NCBI GenBank assembly: GCA_046543235.1
Contig: JBKGZT010000011.1
Coordinates: forward strand, 1 to 29,421
Reading direction: 5' to 3'
From: Candidatus Acetothermia bacterium
Lineage (GTDB): Bacteria > Bipolaricaulota > Bipolaricaulia > M55B111
Length of the DNA stretch: 29,421 bases
The notes under the pieces were generated by a model, which was not told the origin of the DNA, made no database searches, and saw nothing but the letters and a program-made list of their open reading frames with translations. The translations under genes were made by a program, and so were the position numbers. How positions within the stretch are numbered: position 1 is the first letter of the stretch; every line of letters starts with the position of its first letter. Below are positions 28,677 to 29,421 of the stretch, piece by piece.

Positions 28677-29260
28677 CTATTCTCCCCTTCTGACCTCTAT
28701 CTCCGCGAAATCCAGCGAATCGATAATACTCTTTACCGGGTCCGGATCGGGCTCATCCTGGAGGAAAAGTCCCGTCCTTCTCCTCATCACGTCCTCGGGC
28801 CGGAAGCTCATCTCGCTCGTAACGGAGTAATAAACCTGGGCCCTGATCGGGACCTCCCCTTCACCGACGGGTTTTCGGGTCCGATGAATTGGTGTTTGCC
28901 GATCCCCCTGCCCCAAGCCAGGAGGCCGTAAAACGTGAGCCCGGCTCGCAGGATCAACGGCGATACACGAGTCTCCTCGTAGACCGGGAAGAAGAACTTG
29001 GATTTATATACCAGGTGAGAGGCAATATTTAACAGGGTCTCCCGTTCCCTCAGAGCCTCCCGGACCAGGCGGAAATCGTAGTTTTCCAGGTACCTCAGTC
29101 CACCGTGGACCAGCTTGGTGGACCTGCTGCTCGTACCCTGAGCAAAATCATCCTTCTCGAACAGGGCAACGTCCAGCCCGCGCAACGCGGCATCCCTGGC
29201 CACTCCCGCTCCGGTTATCCCGCCACCGATAACCACGAGATCGTATTCTTCCGAACCCAT
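28677..29260 (-). pseudogene. glpD: Glycerol-3-phosphate dehydrogenase/oxidase, internally deleted and frameshifted
   Basis: N-terminus YDLVVIGGGITGAGVARDAALRG..GTSSRSTKLVHGGLRYL (about 129 codons) is joined out of frame to a GlpD C-terminus-like segment AQVYYSVTSEMSFRPEDVMRRRTGL. Confidence 0.85.
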
Positions 29261-29288
29261 GACAGTTGAAGGTTTCAAATTTAACCAC

Positions 29289-29337
29289 CAAAACTTGCCG
29301 AGGAAGCCCCCGGGCACCCCCTGAGGGTACTCAGCCA
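29289..29337 (+). repeat. Degenerate copy of the IS200/IS605-left-end-like repeat
   Basis: CAAAACTTGCCGAGGAAGCCCCCGGGCACCCCCTGAGGG, similar to 19821 (+) and 16124 (-). Confidence 0.6.
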
Positions 29338-29421
29338 TTATTGGTAAAGCAGACAACCAACTTATAAAAAAATTATTGTTTTTACCTTTATATCTGTAAT
29401 TCTAAAATTTAGAGTTAACTT

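Overview
Ordinary bacterial chromosomal region with strongly Glu/Asp-rich proteins, which suggests a halophilic anaerobe; the taxon cannot be fixed from this sequence. In order it holds: a ROK regulator + sugar ABC transporter + Gfo/Idh/MocA operon (-); an orphan AsrA/HydB-like Fe-S protein with eroded cluster motifs; an AIR-synthase/HypE-like protein; a HAD hydrolase; a nucleotide pyrophosphatase/phosphodiesterase; ferritin; pepF; tig-clpP (no clpX); a DUF4397-like exported protein; five tRNAs (Pro-CGG, Gly-TCC, Arg-TCT, His-GTG, Arg-TCG); efp-asp23-amaP-DUF2273-nusB; an AhpF/TrxB-like reductase; a probably Na+-coupled F-type ATP synthase operon atpIBEFHAGD that lacks atpC and follows frr directly; a ferredoxin; and an internally deleted glpD. 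The least explained signals are non-coding. Three intergenic stem structures are all closed by CCAGCA...TGCTGGA (6232-6352 with perfect 16-bp arms, 7657-7709, 15962-16066). There is also a dispersed repeat resembling IS200/IS605 ends (15880-16124, 19821-19866, 29289-29337). No CRISPR array, integrase, transposase or reverse transcriptase is present, so no complete novel system can be claimed.
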